Assembly: GCA_012295275.1 (NCBI GenBank) | Contig: CM022679.1 | Coordinates: 22,940,001 to 23,004,000 of the forward strand | Origin: Chrysomallon squamiferum | Lineage: Eukaryota; Animalia; Mollusca | Reading direction: 5' to 3' | DNA length: 64,000 nt | Shown: positions 14,608-44,155 of the stretch, one piece after another | Position numbering within the stretch: position 1 is the first letter of the stretch | Layout of the letters: each line of letters starts with the position of its first letter | Notes under the pieces: model-generated | The model's input: only the letters and a program-made list of their open reading frames with translations | The model's database searches: none | Told to the model about the DNA's origin: nothing | Made by a program: the position numbers and the translations under genes

Positions 14608-15984
14608 ATTTGAACGCCCTTCAGCAGCGCCGTTTGGTGACGAAATCTCCATCAGTCCATAACAAGAACCCTGTCACATATTCATGTGAAATTTTACTGT
14701 GAGACGATCATAAATAATGAAATTATGACACTTAGTATCAAAGAGATAATTCAGTGAATACATCATGACCTAACTTTTTTCACAGAGTATACTTCTTCCC
14801 ATCTTTGAGCGGCGTCTGCTAGTTCATTCATTCTTTGTTTAATTCCGTGTCGTGTGTCGTTGCTGGAAGGACGGAGGGGCGGTGCCCCCGGGCATCCAAA
14901 TGATGGAGGGGGGGGGGGGCTCCAGTCAGAGAAAATAACTTAATAAATTAGGTTGATTTATATTTAAATCGAAAAAAGTTTTTATTTTATGTTTACATAT
15001 TCAAAATACCTTCATTTCTCATAAATATGTCTCAGCACTAGGCCTTATACTTGAGTCTTTAGGGCACACAATCAAGGAGTTGGCCCTGGACATCACTACA
15101 CCTCTGCACGCCACTGACAATAATAACAACAACAACAACAACAACAATAATAACATGAATAAAAATATGAATACCACAAATACGCTCCATCAAAACCCAA
15201 CAATAAGCTATTGTACTGGTTACATACATTTCTGTATGTCAGAAAGTTTCACTTCACAACGCGTGGCAAGCGTTACTGTAGTGTGAGTTTTCACTACATA
15301 ACGATATTACAATTTACTGTGACAGATTTTCTTTTTAAACTATTATATTCGATAATTTAGAATCTCTTATCAATTACCATTGTAAGTGATTTGTCTGTGT
15401 ATGTCAGCATTGTCATATAAACGTTCTATTCAAAGAAAGCGAATCTGGCAAAACACAACAGAGTGTCAGTCGTTGTTTTTTTTGTTATGTGCGAAGGAAA
15501 GAGGTAAAAAAAGAAAATACGAAATGAAATAACGTTTTGTCCACACACACACACACACATACAAAAAAAACAACACAAATGTATATTATTTAATACTTGT
15601 AGTTATGGTTGACAGTGTTTAAAGGCAGTTAATGGTACGCGTATGGTTAGGCAATAAAAATATTATAATTTACTGCAGCAACGTTTCTTTTGAACTGATA
15701 CGTTCGAAAGGTGTTTTATTCACATTCGCTGGAGCCCATTTGTCACCACGCAAACGATGTATAGGTAAATGCTTTTGTTACATTTGATGAAATTTCTCTA
15801 AAAGATAACAAAGTGAGCTTATTCCGTATACAGAATAGTTTTGTTATTTTTTAATGAAATTATATAAAAGATAACAAAGTAAGATTAATCTGTATACCGA
15901 ATACTTTTGTTATTTTTAATGAAATTACACAAAAGATAACAAAGCAAGGTTAATCGGTGTACAGCTGGTTATTCTGTGTTTGCG

Positions 15985-16050
15985 TATAAATAAGAGAAAA
16001 CAGACGGGTGTAGTAACAGACAAGTCAGGAAGATAAAGAAGACAGTTCAC
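15985..16050 (+). promoter_or_regulatory. TATA box and non-coding exon 1 of peptide gene A1
   Basis: TATAAA at 15985 within TATAAATAAGAGAAAACAGA; CAC|gtaagt donor at 16051; same layout in A2 (27404, donor 27470) and A3 (50350, donor 50416). Confidence 0.7.
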
Positions 16051-16240
16051 GTAAGTAGCTTTCAGAATTTGTGAGTTTCTTTATGTTATTTGACAGAGAA
16101 GCACCCTGAAAGACACACGCACGCACTTACACACACCTGCACACCCACACGCACGCACTTAATTTGTATATATGTGTGTCTTTATGTGTGCATGTATGTA
16201 TGTATATATGTATATATATATATTTCAGATACTGTTCATA

Positions 16241-18639
<2,399 letters not shown>

Positions 18640-18767
18640 TGCAGAAATACTAAAAACGAAATAAATAACAGATACTGTGCATTATTTCTTGTTTTCTAAT
18701 TTTGTTTGTGATGTTATATATATTTATGGTCGTTTTTTTTTTTTTTTTTTTTGTTTTTTTTCCTAAA

Positions 18768-19100
18768 AGGTCTAGAAACGGTTTATTCCCGATTCTGGCA
18801 GTGAGATTATAAGACATCTTAATTGGACACGCCAGTTGTTCCACTTCTGGCATTTTATTTCTCATCCTTACTAATTGGTCTTCCGTCACCTTAATTGATG
18901 TACTTTTGTAAATTCGTAGGATAATCAATTACACTCTACAACAACTTCTTCCTCTCCTCTTCATATATCTTTGGGATACTGGACACTTCCTCCCGTGCTC
19001 GCTTCCGCATGGTGTTGGTCAGTAGGTGGACAACAACTTCGCTCTCATCCGAGGAATGGATGTGGTCTTTATCTCTCTTGACCACAGTCCCATCCTATGA
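18768..19100 (-). mobile_element. Degenerate Mutator-like (MULE/FLYWCH-type) transposase fragment (also ~30058-30390 and ~53018-53350)
   Basis: Minus strand 19094-18936 reads DGTVVKRDKDHIHSSDESEVVVHLLTNTMRKRAREEVSSIPKIYEEERKKLL*, then ..QLVRMRNKMP..GNKPFL; HxH followed by 'RKRAREE..IP.IYEEE' recalls invertebrate MULE transposases (recognised from memory). Confidence 0.5.
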
Positions 19101-19879
19101 AAAGTTTCAGCTAAATTTAACATGGCATGAATTATAGCAAATTTTGCACATACAAATGATTCGAACTTGCATCTGATATTATTTATGTACGAGGTCTCCC
19201 GCGATTGTTCGCCATACGAAGCGTACGTCTGAATGTCAATAGCACGTGCTTTTTAAAATGGCCGCCGTTGTAGTTAAGTACTGAAAATATACTTCGGCAA
19301 ATACTGGTCAGTATAATGATGCATTTTAACCAAACATTTCCGTGTCAGTGATTCGATAAATAAAGCCCGATTAGTTCTTTGTGTTTTCTTAATAAAGTTT
19401 AATTCATCTTAGTTTACCCTGCTTTATTTATTAACTGAATAACTAATAGCCATTGAAAACAAAAAATTTAAAGTTTTTTTTTTTCTTGTATTGTTTTTCC
19501 TGGGTTTTTTTTCTTTGTTGCTTCTTTTTTTTTTAAGACTGTGTTTTCTTCCAAAATACTGACAAAAGTTTAAAATAATGACAATTTTGAAGTTATCAAA
19601 TACCATATTAAATACAGAATCTCCCTAGAACCCCCCCCGAAAAAAAATAAAATAAAATAAAATAAAATAAATAATCAGTATTCATAATATTATCAGGATA
19701 TCTATATTAAATAGCACTCTCCAGAAATCAGTTCAGATAGATTTCTGAAATTGCCATCCTATTAACATCTGTCACATCGTCTGACTTTGTGAAGCAAACA
19801 GGCCTGCGTGTATGATTATATTTTACAGTTTGAACATTCTCTGTGTTGTGAACGTCTGATTAGAGTCTGAACACAGACC

Positions 19880-20003
19880 ATATGGGGAAACGCACCAGCA
19901 CAGGAGAACAAAGTCCAGTCACGACATCACAAACCTCGTCAGATGCCACTGACGAGATTCGAACATATGGCACCCACGGACGATGATACCACTTGGTCAT
20001 TAA
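19880..20003 (-). mobile_element. tRNA-derived SINE-like relic (also ~31170-31295 and ~54130-54256)
   Basis: Minus strand has A-box-like TGACCAAGTGG and B-box-like GTTCGAATC, followed by TTCTCC..GTTTCCCCA; no complete cloverleaf. Confidence 0.4.
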
Positions 20004-20913
20004 GTCAACCCTGTGTACATGTACTTCTGTAGTGTTTGTCTGTCTGTCTGTCTGTATATAAAAAAATCAAATTCAGTAAATAATCGGGTTATATTTATTA
20101 ATATTTCACACTGACTTTTCAGACTAATATTTCTTTATATCTGAAACTCTTGAGTACTGTACACAAAGAATACATTTTAGTTTTATTTTCAAAAATACAA
20201 AAAAAAAAAAAACAACAACAGAAAAAGAAATAAAACAAAACAAACACTGACATTCACAGAGAGACAACATAATATAAACATAACATAAATAATCTAAACA
20301 TAAACACAAAGAAACGTGCATATAGTTTTCAAATTTAAATGCACACACAATCATAAATAATTACATTCATACATACGTACATACATGCATACATATATAC
20401 ATTCATATATACATACATATATTAGTAAGTACATACATACGAACGTATGTACAAATATCACCAACACAAATAAATAAATAAATAAATAAAACTTTAAAAT
20501 ATATTCTTTACCATTCGTTTTTTTGATTATTTTAGTTTTGCTATTCACGTACCTGTATCTTCAACTTGTCATTTCTCTCAGAACGTTTTGTATCGCTAAA
20601 TGAATATATCTATACTAATAGTAACAACAACAACAACAACAACAATAACAATAGCAGCAACAATAAGAATAATAATAGCATTAGCAGCAGCAGCAGCAAT
20701 AATAATAATGATAATGATAATATTAATAATAATATGAATATGAATATGAACAATATGAATAATATGAATAATAATAATCTATTACAATAATAATAAATAC
20801 ATAATTTTTGTTAAGATATACGTTTTTAATCCTGATTCTTTCTAATTGTTTCTTAGATGACTGTTTGATTATTAAATAAAAATCTAATGGAACCATTATT
20901 AATAAATACCAAC

Positions 20914-20988
<75 letters not shown>

Positions 20989-21234
20989 ATTAATAAGAAA
21001 TATGAAGAAAAAATATTAAGACAAAAGAAAGAAAAAGAATAGAACGAATAACAAAATAAACAATAATAAAATAACTGATATTAACTAAAATTAGAAGACA
21101 CATGTTTTAAAGCTCAGTAGAAGATTTTGTTCAACTTTAAATCTAATTATAATGGTAAAAATATCTTATAAGACATATCTGGCAAACTTTTACTTATCAC
21201 AATTTATTGTGTCTTTTCAGACTTTAATAAAAAA

Positions 21235-21288
<54 letters not shown>

Positions 21289-21409
21289 GACAAATTCAAT
21301 GGATTAATATGATTTAATAATTTATTGATGTGTTAAATCTTCATTCTGACTGTATTGTCAGTTTGAATGTTTCTTTCCTTTTACTGTAGTTGTAATAACA
21401 AGACAATAA

Positions 21410-21456
<47 letters not shown>

Positions 21457-21833
21457 TATACAATAAATCTATTTATCTATCTGTATAAGGCATGTGGTGT
21501 ATGGATGCAAGTTAATATGCATTTTAAGTAAATGAACAAATCTGAAGAAAGAACAAAAGACGTTTTTTTTCTTTTAAAGAATTAAACAAGAAAGGTAACT
21601 CTGTCATTTCTCTGTGGTGACCACTCTATCATTAACTTTAAAAAGTACAAATTCTTATTATTCTTCTGTAATAATTATACAGTTACGTTACAATTATTTC
21701 ACTTTATGTTCATCAGATACTTACTATTTGATTAATGTGACATTAGGAATGACGCTCTTTTTCTCTCTCTCATTCTGTCTATATCTCTGTCTGCCTGTCT
21801 GTCTATCTGTCTATCTATATGTGTATGTATGTA

Positions 21834-21886
<53 letters not shown>

Positions 21887-22607
21887 CGGTTTGTCTATTT
21901 GTCTGTCTATTATTATTATGTCTAAATAATAATCTATATAAAAATTAAAAAAACGTATTTCTATTTTATAGAATTAGCCAAGGAAGATAACTCTATCATG
22001 TCTCTCTGGTGATCACGCTGTCATTAACATAATCAAAGTACAAATTCTTATTATTCTTCTGTAATAATTATACAGTTACGTTAAAATTATTTGACTTACT
22101 ATTCATCAGATACTTACTATTTTATTAATGTGATATTAAGAATGACGCGGATCCTGTACTGACAACAAAACGACAGCCACATGTGTAACAATATTAATTA
22201 AGTCGTCTTATGCAGATCTTAGTTCACACACATGCGCGCGCTCAACACGTATGATTAAAATAAACTATTGAACAATATTTACTAATACATTTTTATTACT
22301 AATATTTCAACATCATCATCCTCCTTATCATCGTTTCATTAACATTAATAATGATGATAATGATAATAATAACAATAATAATAATATAATTATTATTATT
22401 ATTATTATTATTATTATCATTATCAATATCATCATCATCATTTAGTAATAGTTATGGATGTAGTTGTAGCTGCAGTAGTAGCAGTAGTAAAGGTGTTGTA
22501 GTAGAATAAGACTTTTTGGATTCGTTTCATTAGATACCATTGCGTTTCGGAATTCTACACATTAAGATATTTATAATAGTAGTATAGTAGCAGCAGCAAT
22601 AATACTT

Positions 22608-22641
<34 letters not shown>

Positions 22642-23039
22642 TAGTAGTAGCAGAAATAGCTGTTAATAATAGTTTTAGTGGCAGTTTTTATTACAAAAAT
22701 AATTACAAAAAAGTATTATAAAAAGTAATATTGTACTAGCACCAGCAGAAATAGTAGTAAAAGCGGTACTGTACTTGTAATAGTAGAAGTAATAGTAATA
22801 GTAATTCACTAGTAATTGAAGTAAACCTGTTGTAGTAGAAGTTGAAGTAACGTCTGCAGTTTTACAAGTCTATATATATATATATATATATAGCTGTTTA
22901 TATTAAAAAAAAAATAAAAAGGAATCTTGAGACTTAAGTTTTCTGACAGGACAGCAGAACAGTGTCTGCAACCAGCAGCAATACGACCAGCTGTGTCACA
23001 ATAAAACATACGTGTCTGGAAAATAGAAACACATGTATA

Positions 23040-23055
23040 TCTATCTATCTGTCTC

Positions 23056-23098
<43 letters not shown>

Positions 23099-23115
23099 GT
23101 CTTTATGTCTGTCTG

Positions 23116-23154
<39 letters not shown>

Positions 23155-23193
23155 GTCTGTCTGTCTGTCTTTATGTCTGTCTGTCTGTCTTTA

Positions 23194-23248
<55 letters not shown>

Positions 23249-23650
23249 ATCTGTCTGTCTGTCTGTCTGTCTATCTGTCTATCTGTCGGTCTGTCTTTCT
23301 GTATATCTATCTTTCTATCTGTCTATCTATCTGTCTGTCTGTCTATCCATCTATCTATATGTCTGTCTGTCTATCTATCTATCTATCTATCTATCTGTAT
23401 ATCTGTCTGTCTGTCTGTCTATTTATCTATATATCTATCAGTCTGTCTGTCTGTCTGTCTGTCAATCTATCTCTCTGTCTGTCTGTATGTCTTTCTATTT
23501 ATCTATCTATCTACCTATCTGTCTATCCATATAATCTATCTATCTGTTTGTCTGTCTGTGTCTGTCTGTCTGTCTGTGTCTTTCTGTTTATCTATCTTTG
23601 TATCTATCTGTCTATCTATCTATCCATTTGTCTATCTGTCTGTGTGGGTA

Positions 23651-23685
<35 letters not shown>
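23040..23685. repeat. Compound (TCTG)n/(TCTA)n microsatellite followed by (TG)n
   Basis: Directly visible; source of the spurious LSVC/LSIY ORFs. Confidence 0.95.
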
Positions 23686-23688
<3 letters not shown>

Positions 23689-23875
23689 TACGTTAATATA
23701 TTTATGTGTGTTTTTGTGTGATGTGATATATATATATATACACACACAAACACATGCACACGCACAGACCGATACGCATACACTGTAATGTGCGTAAGTC
23801 TGTGTATAGTGCAATCGATGTCTTAAAATATGCTAATCTCTATATTTCACTTGATGGTCATTTTTATACTAGCAT

Positions 23876-23946
<71 letters not shown>

Positions 23947-25350
23947 GAATCCACATAATAAATAAAATAGTTAGTTGATTTCAAACCTACATACATACAT
24001 TCGCTTCTGTTTATTCCTATAACCTCTCTGTGATTTTTATTTTTATTCAAACACTGCTATAGAGTAATATTATCGCTGTATATTAATTTTATGTAGCGAA
24101 TACTTGTCAGACACTGTAACCTCACTTAATTTTCATAACAGTGTTCGTCCTGTATTGGAATTCATATCGTAAAGTAAAAGAAATATCAATTTAAAAAAAA
24201 AAAAAACCCATTACAAAAGCTGTTATTACGTATCAGAAAAGAAAACAGTATTTTCTACACATGCAGTATGTTAAAAATTTGTATAAACTGATAACACGAA
24301 TAAGTATGAATAAAAACAGCAACAGTATAAGAGATAAAAAAAAATATATATATTATTTTATTATTCCCTAAACAAATACATTGTATTAACTCAAGTTCCA
24401 CTTCGTGAACTCTGATTTTTACCTATATGTAATTTATTTTGTTTTGCAAATAAATAAAATATTGTTATTTCTGGCTCTGCATGGTCTTTGATTGATCAGT
24501 AGAACAAAACACTAAATACACGAGATTTAAATCTGATCCCTTTATTTCAGCGAACTTAGGTGAATTGTGCAAATACATGCTCTAATATGCGTTATAGATT
24601 TAGCAAATAAACGTATTAAAGTGACACTATAAAAATTCTGCGTAAGTCAAAACGCAGATATTACAGTTGTATAAAGATATAACATGATTATTATTATTAT
24701 TATTATTTTAATTAATAAATAAGTTTAGCTATGTACATAAGTAAAAATGCCGTGGCATGTAACAGTAACTTAAACTGTTGTTAGTCAATACAAAAGATAC
24801 ATTGTATTAAACGACGTTCACCTTTGTTAGCCATAATTAGATACACAAACACGCACACACACACATGCACACATATATAATACACACTCACAAACACATA
24901 TACAGACACGCACACAAACACACATACAGACACACACACATAAAACATACATACACAGAAACAAACGGGCACATAACAGACACAAACACAGTAATAATAA
25001 TAATAATAATAAATCATTATGAAAAGTATGCGATCTACGTATATATGTGTAAATATGGATAGATAGATAGAAAGATAGATAGATAGATAGATATAACAAT
25101 ATACAAAATGGATGTATGAGACAAATTTTGTTCACGAGTGAATTACCTTAAAAGTACGCCTTACTTCAAAACAACAATATCAAAAGGCAGACAAAATTGT
25201 TTATTTCGCATGTGTTCCACGCTTCATCAAACGGAGCGTCAGTTAACGCATCTGTGTACTATGAAATTAATACAAGTGCATTTAGCTGTAAAAACCTTTT
25301 GTTCAACTGTTACGCTGAAAACGATTTTCATTCAGTGCATCTAGTGCGGC

Positions 25351-35303
<9,953 letters not shown>

Positions 35304-36093
35304 TTTACCGTTATTTACGTACCCACAGTAAATCACATCGTAGAATTTTCAATGTGGATCAGATATAAATATTTTAAAATACAGTTTTGGGTGATTTGAA
35401 AATACAGTTTAAATATTCTGAATACCACCGTGTTATGCTTTTTTTTTTTCATCTTTTTTTTTGTGTGTTTTTTATCTGTTAATCTTGATTAATAATGAAA
35501 TGTAGCAAATAAAGAATATACATGTCAAAAATATCAGGGCGACGCCATTTTTATTTATTTTTTATATTTTTTTTATAGTTATCGGGTTATCGCGTCCTGG
35601 TGAGTTAATTTATTTGAAACTTTCTGTGAAGAAAATAAATAAATAAATAAATAAATAAAAAATATAGCTGTCAGTTCGCTATCTACGTGATGACGTCACG
35701 ACTCCAACTGTGAAGGGGAAAATGGCGGCGCTCAAATGTTTTGTAACCGTGTTATTTTTTGGTCATAATTTGCTATGAGCGATTCCAGATAGACCAATAA
35801 AACAATAACTTAGAACTGATTAGATTCTTTTTTCGACAGTTTATGCAAATTACCACAGGTCACACTTCAGTGCAGTTTTTCAGGAAACGACAACAATAAT
35901 ATTATTATAATTTACTGTAACAGCTTTTCCTTTTAAATACTGTGGTCAGAATGAATTTCTTTCACTATAGAAAGAGCGCTAATTTATCCAGCAAATGAAG
36001 TGTACGTAGCACTGTTGTTATATTTTCTGAAACTACACATACATTAACAAAAGGAACAATTGATCTGTTCTAGCTAATTGTTTCGTGCATGGA

Positions 36094-36190
36094 TATAAAT
36101 AAGAGAAAACAGAATTAGAGCATTACAGACATATTGGAGGACGACATAAAAACACATAGACAAAACAACAACAACAAAAAACAACAATTT
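36094..36190 (+). promoter_or_regulatory. TATA box and non-coding exon 1 of peptide gene B1
   Basis: TATAAATAAGAGAAAACAGA at 36094 (same 20-mer as type A); gtaagt donor at 36191; B3 equivalent TATA 60958, gtgagc donor 61053. Confidence 0.68.
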
Positions 36191-36309
36191 GTAAGTAGTA
36201 ATCTGGTTTTCTGAATTAACAAGAAAACAAACTTTAATTTGAGTGCAGATATGTCGTTTTTTTTTTTTTTATTACTTTAAAAAATGGCAGATTAATACCA
36301 AATTCGTTA

Positions 36310-36715
36310 CGCAGATGCAGTAATCCATTGTTGGAAGAAGCCTTCATCTAGATAACTGTATGGTTTCCAAGCAGTGTTACGCGATGCCCATCGGTTATCT
36401 TGCATGCTATTGAAGGTCAATTTCAGTTTTGTAACCTGTTCAGTCATATCTGTGACATTTGTTTTTTTCACTTTTAACCAGATGTTTATTTTTCGATCCT
36501 GGTATGTGAGTTTCTTAACATACTTTTTTCCCCAGTCTTTGTTTGAGCGACTGCTAGTTAAATTCTTCGCCTGTTTGATTTCCGTCTTGTATGTCGTTGC
36601 TGAAAAGGCAGATTTGTATCTTCAAGCAGGTTTCAAGCTTTCCCTAGAAGATGTCAAATGCGTTTGCAAATGCGGTTCAGAAAGTCATGATTCTTCTGTG
36701 AATCTCTTTTTCGTC
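36310..36715 (-). mobile_element. RTE-clade LINE 3' fragment in intron 1 of gene B (also 61335-61590)
   Basis: Minus strand gives EKEIHRRI..DIF.GKLETCLK.QI..TTYKTE..QAKNL..TYQDRKINIW..TNVTDMTEQV..QDNRW..TAWKPY, typical of the RTE ORF2 C-terminus; disrupted; B3 copy carries an internal deletion joined at TGTT microhomology. Confidence 0.75.
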
Positions 36716-36789
36716 ACCGTAAAATTCATCTATCCAATCATTCTTTTGTACCTGCATATTATTTATTTATTCATTTATTTCAGACAACA

Positions 36790-40426
<3,637 letters not shown>

Positions 40427-41484
40427 CGCTTTGGACACTGACTAAGAGTTCTAAAACACCAGTCTGGAATATTGACAATAAAGCACTGACTGAAAACAGA
40501 ACCACCAGTGTTTTTGTTATTTTTGTTTTAGCTTATAAATGTTCCAGTTCTGTTATGAGAAATCTTATATGAAGGTGGTGTAATAATATTCGATTTCGAA
40601 ACGGAAAAACAAAGTTAAGATAGTACAATACAGGATTTGGGGATCCTAACGTATTTTGAGGTATATATTTGGATACTCTAGGTATCGTGATATCTTTGGA
40701 TATCTTAGTGTGGCTTGGTGAGTGTCAGTTTGTGTGTGTGCGTGTGTGCGAAGGCGTGCGTTTGTGTCTGGTTGTGAACAGCTCTTAATATCTCTGCTAT
40801 CACTTTGATGGTGATACGACTGTATCTTGAAATCTTGCGTACCACTGTGTGGGGTGGGTATCACTATGTGGGGTGGATATCACAGATTTCTCGATATCAT
40901 GGCTATCTTGATATCTTGGTTATCAATTTGTCTGGGATATCACAGGTATCTTGATATTTTGGGTATCACTGTGTATGTGTAGGCGTCGGATTTCATAAGT
41001 TTATTTATATATTGTGTATGACTGTGAGGGACGCACGTAAAATTCATATACACACATTACATATACCAATATAAAGGTAATGTAATAGTTTTAACGGTAA
41101 TGAACAAACAAACAAACAAAAACAACAACAAAAAAGAAAAAAAAAAAAGAAAACCAGTTACAACAACAACATTCAGATTTGTTGTTTTATTAAACACGAA
41201 ACGAAACGTTAAAAAAAACAACAACAGACAAATAAATAAATAAATCCAAAACCTCGGAATTACGAAAACACTATCATAACCACTGTGCAGCACTGATTAT
41301 ATTGATACTCATACATAATTCATAAATAGCACCTTTTCAGACTGATATCTCAGTTTTGTTGTCGTTTTATAGTACCTGCAGTGTGGTAAACATGAATTTC
41401 TGTTTGCTCTTTTTTGCTAGTGTGATTGTGAAAACTGTTCTAAGGGGAAGCAAAATCGCAAGTACGTTCAAAACTATTGCTACC

Positions 41485-41684
41485 NNNNNNNNNNNNNNNN
41501 NNNNNNNNNNNNNNNNNNNNNNNNNNNNNNNNNNNNNNNNNNNNNNNNNNNNNNNNNNNNNNNNNNNNNNNNNNNNNNNNNNNNNNNNNNNNNNNNNNNN
41601 NNNNNNNNNNNNNNNNNNNNNNNNNNNNNNNNNNNNNNNNNNNNNNNNNNNNNNNNNNNNNNNNNNNNNNNNNNNNNNNNNNNN
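41485..41684. other. Assembly gap (200 N)
   Basis: Run of N; the round length suggests a placeholder. Confidence 0.99.
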
Positions 41685-43098
41685 GTAATTTAAAGATATG
41701 TTTTAACGAAATGATACCATATTTGAACGATTCGGTTTATAACGTAATTTAAAGATATATTTTAAAAATATTCTTAGTAAACGAACTGATAACGTATTTG
41801 AACGATTCGGTTTATAACGTAATTTAAAGATATGTTTTAAAAAAATATTCTTAGTAAACAAAATGATAACGTATTTGAACGATTCAGTTTATAACGTAAT
41901 TTAAAGATATGTTTTAACGAAATGATACCATATTTGAACGATTCGAATTTATAACGTATTATAAAATTGTATTTATAACGATTGAATTTTAACGACATGG
42001 GTGTATAACATAATAGATTAATGATACAGGCTGATAAAACCAGGCTTATGATTTTTCAGGTGATATGAATTTATGAAGTAATCTAACTGTATGGATTAAA
42101 GACGTATTTTAATGATATAGGTTTATAATTTGTTCCAGTAATATGTATATATAAGGTATTATAACGATATAGCTGATTAATGCATTATAATGATATGGAT
42201 GTGTAATGTATTCTAACGTTACGAATGTATATATACTCTAACGATATCGGCATATGACGTATTATAACGATTTGATTGTATAACGTATTTTAGCGATATG
42301 GGTCTATAATAGTGGGTGTTTTTTTTTAATGATATGCATATATAATATATTCCAACGATATGAATATAAGTTATTCTAACAATGTGGACTTGTAACATAT
42401 TCTAACAATATGGTTGTATAACATATTCTAGCTATGTGAGTTAATATAACATTTAACGGTATGGGTGTACAACGTATTTTAACGATACGTGTGTATAATG
42501 TATTCTAACAATATAAGCGTTAACGTATTCTAACGATATGAGCGTTAACGTATTCTAACGACCTAGGTGTATAATGTATTTTTATCGATATGAGTGTATA
42601 ACATATTTTAGCGATATATATGTATAACATATTCTAATCATATGGATAGGGCCTACAACAGAAATTTTTGCAAGACGGTACAAGACCTTTTTAAATTTAA
42701 TCTTAAGGATATGGGGTAAATATTTTACAATCATAGTAACACAGTAATTGCGATTCTACTGAAACAACATACACTAGATTGAGCACCCAGTCTGAATTAC
42801 TTTTGATGAAACCGTAACTTAATACAGTTTGTATCTTATTCCTTGCAAAATAAATAAAAATAAACAAATAAAGGTATTATGAAGAAGATGATGATGATAA
42901 CAGTAATAAAACAGTAAAATATAGCAGTGTTAATGTCTTACAGTTATACGAAATAATAATAATAATAAAAAAAAAAAAAAAAATAAAGAAACGAAATTGT
43001 TACGTTCTGATAACAGTAGAAAAATAAAACCATATTCACAAATATCATTAGTTTCATTATTATTCAGTACTTATCAGATAAATATATTACCATTACAG

Positions 43099-43775
43099 AT
43101 ATAACAAAGTACTTGAACAGTAAGTATAGTTTTCTTTTGGTGTCATGAATAAATTAACAGTTGTTTTAATACAACTCGACGAGATTTTAAATGATCCCTG
43201 CCACTAGATGACATACATGTGATTTGTATAATGAAGATACAAGGCTTACCCAGCCGTTGGCGTATTAGAGAAACGCTCACAGATTCGGACAGTATGGTTA
43301 GGAAAAACTTAAAACTGTTTATACTTTTTATGTGCAAATAGTCAACCAAATCAATCCGTATCCATCATATGAGCTCAAAAACAAGTTCTCATCTATCCAG
43401 TCTAGTTTCTACTCACAGATCTGTCCGCTTGTTTGTCTGCCTGTCTGTCTATCTATCTGTCTGTCTGTCTATCTATGTGTCTATGTATCTCTCTGTATAT
43501 CTGCATATCTAGTTACCTCTCGCTGCCTGTTTATTTTTTTCTCTCTGCTTTATAGCAATTCACTGAATAAGGTGAAATAGGATATCCTATAATGAACTCA
43601 TTACTTTTATTATACTATATTATTATCATAATAATCGCATTTTCTTCTTTGACGCAGACGGGTTGGTATGAAATTCGATCTAAATGAGTAAAAAATTTCC
43701 ATTACTGTCATTTGTTTATTAAATACACTTACAAATATTATAAATCTTGGTTTGGTTCTGTCCTTCAAATAGAGA

Positions 43776-43814
<39 letters not shown>

Positions 43815-44019
43815 TTTCAATAATTTCTCCTTATTCCTTATGTTCCTCTGTTTATACTGCTTTCATGGTATGGTTTGTGGCTATTGTAATATTTCAAGGA
43901 TTTTTGTTTATACATTTATTTACTTATTTATTAATTATTTTTGTGGTTGTTGTTGTTAACATTAAAACTATTTTATTCTCTTTGAATCGATGTCATTATG
44001 ATATGTGTCTGTCTGTATG

Positions 44020-44050
<31 letters not shown>

Positions 44051-44117
44051 GTGTGTATGTGTATGTATTCGTTTTATTTCCCTTTATTAGTGTTTTCAAA
44101 AAAGCGGAGTTGATTGA

Positions 44118-44155
<38 letters not shown>

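Noticed and set aside
19950-20003. tRNA gene
   Set aside because: Only degenerate A/B boxes; no acceptor or anticodon stems, so treated as a SINE relic
21595-22148. ~160-bp direct repeat pair inside unit A as LTRs
   Set aside because: Only microsatellite between them; no TG..CA termini, PBS or TSD; a local duplication
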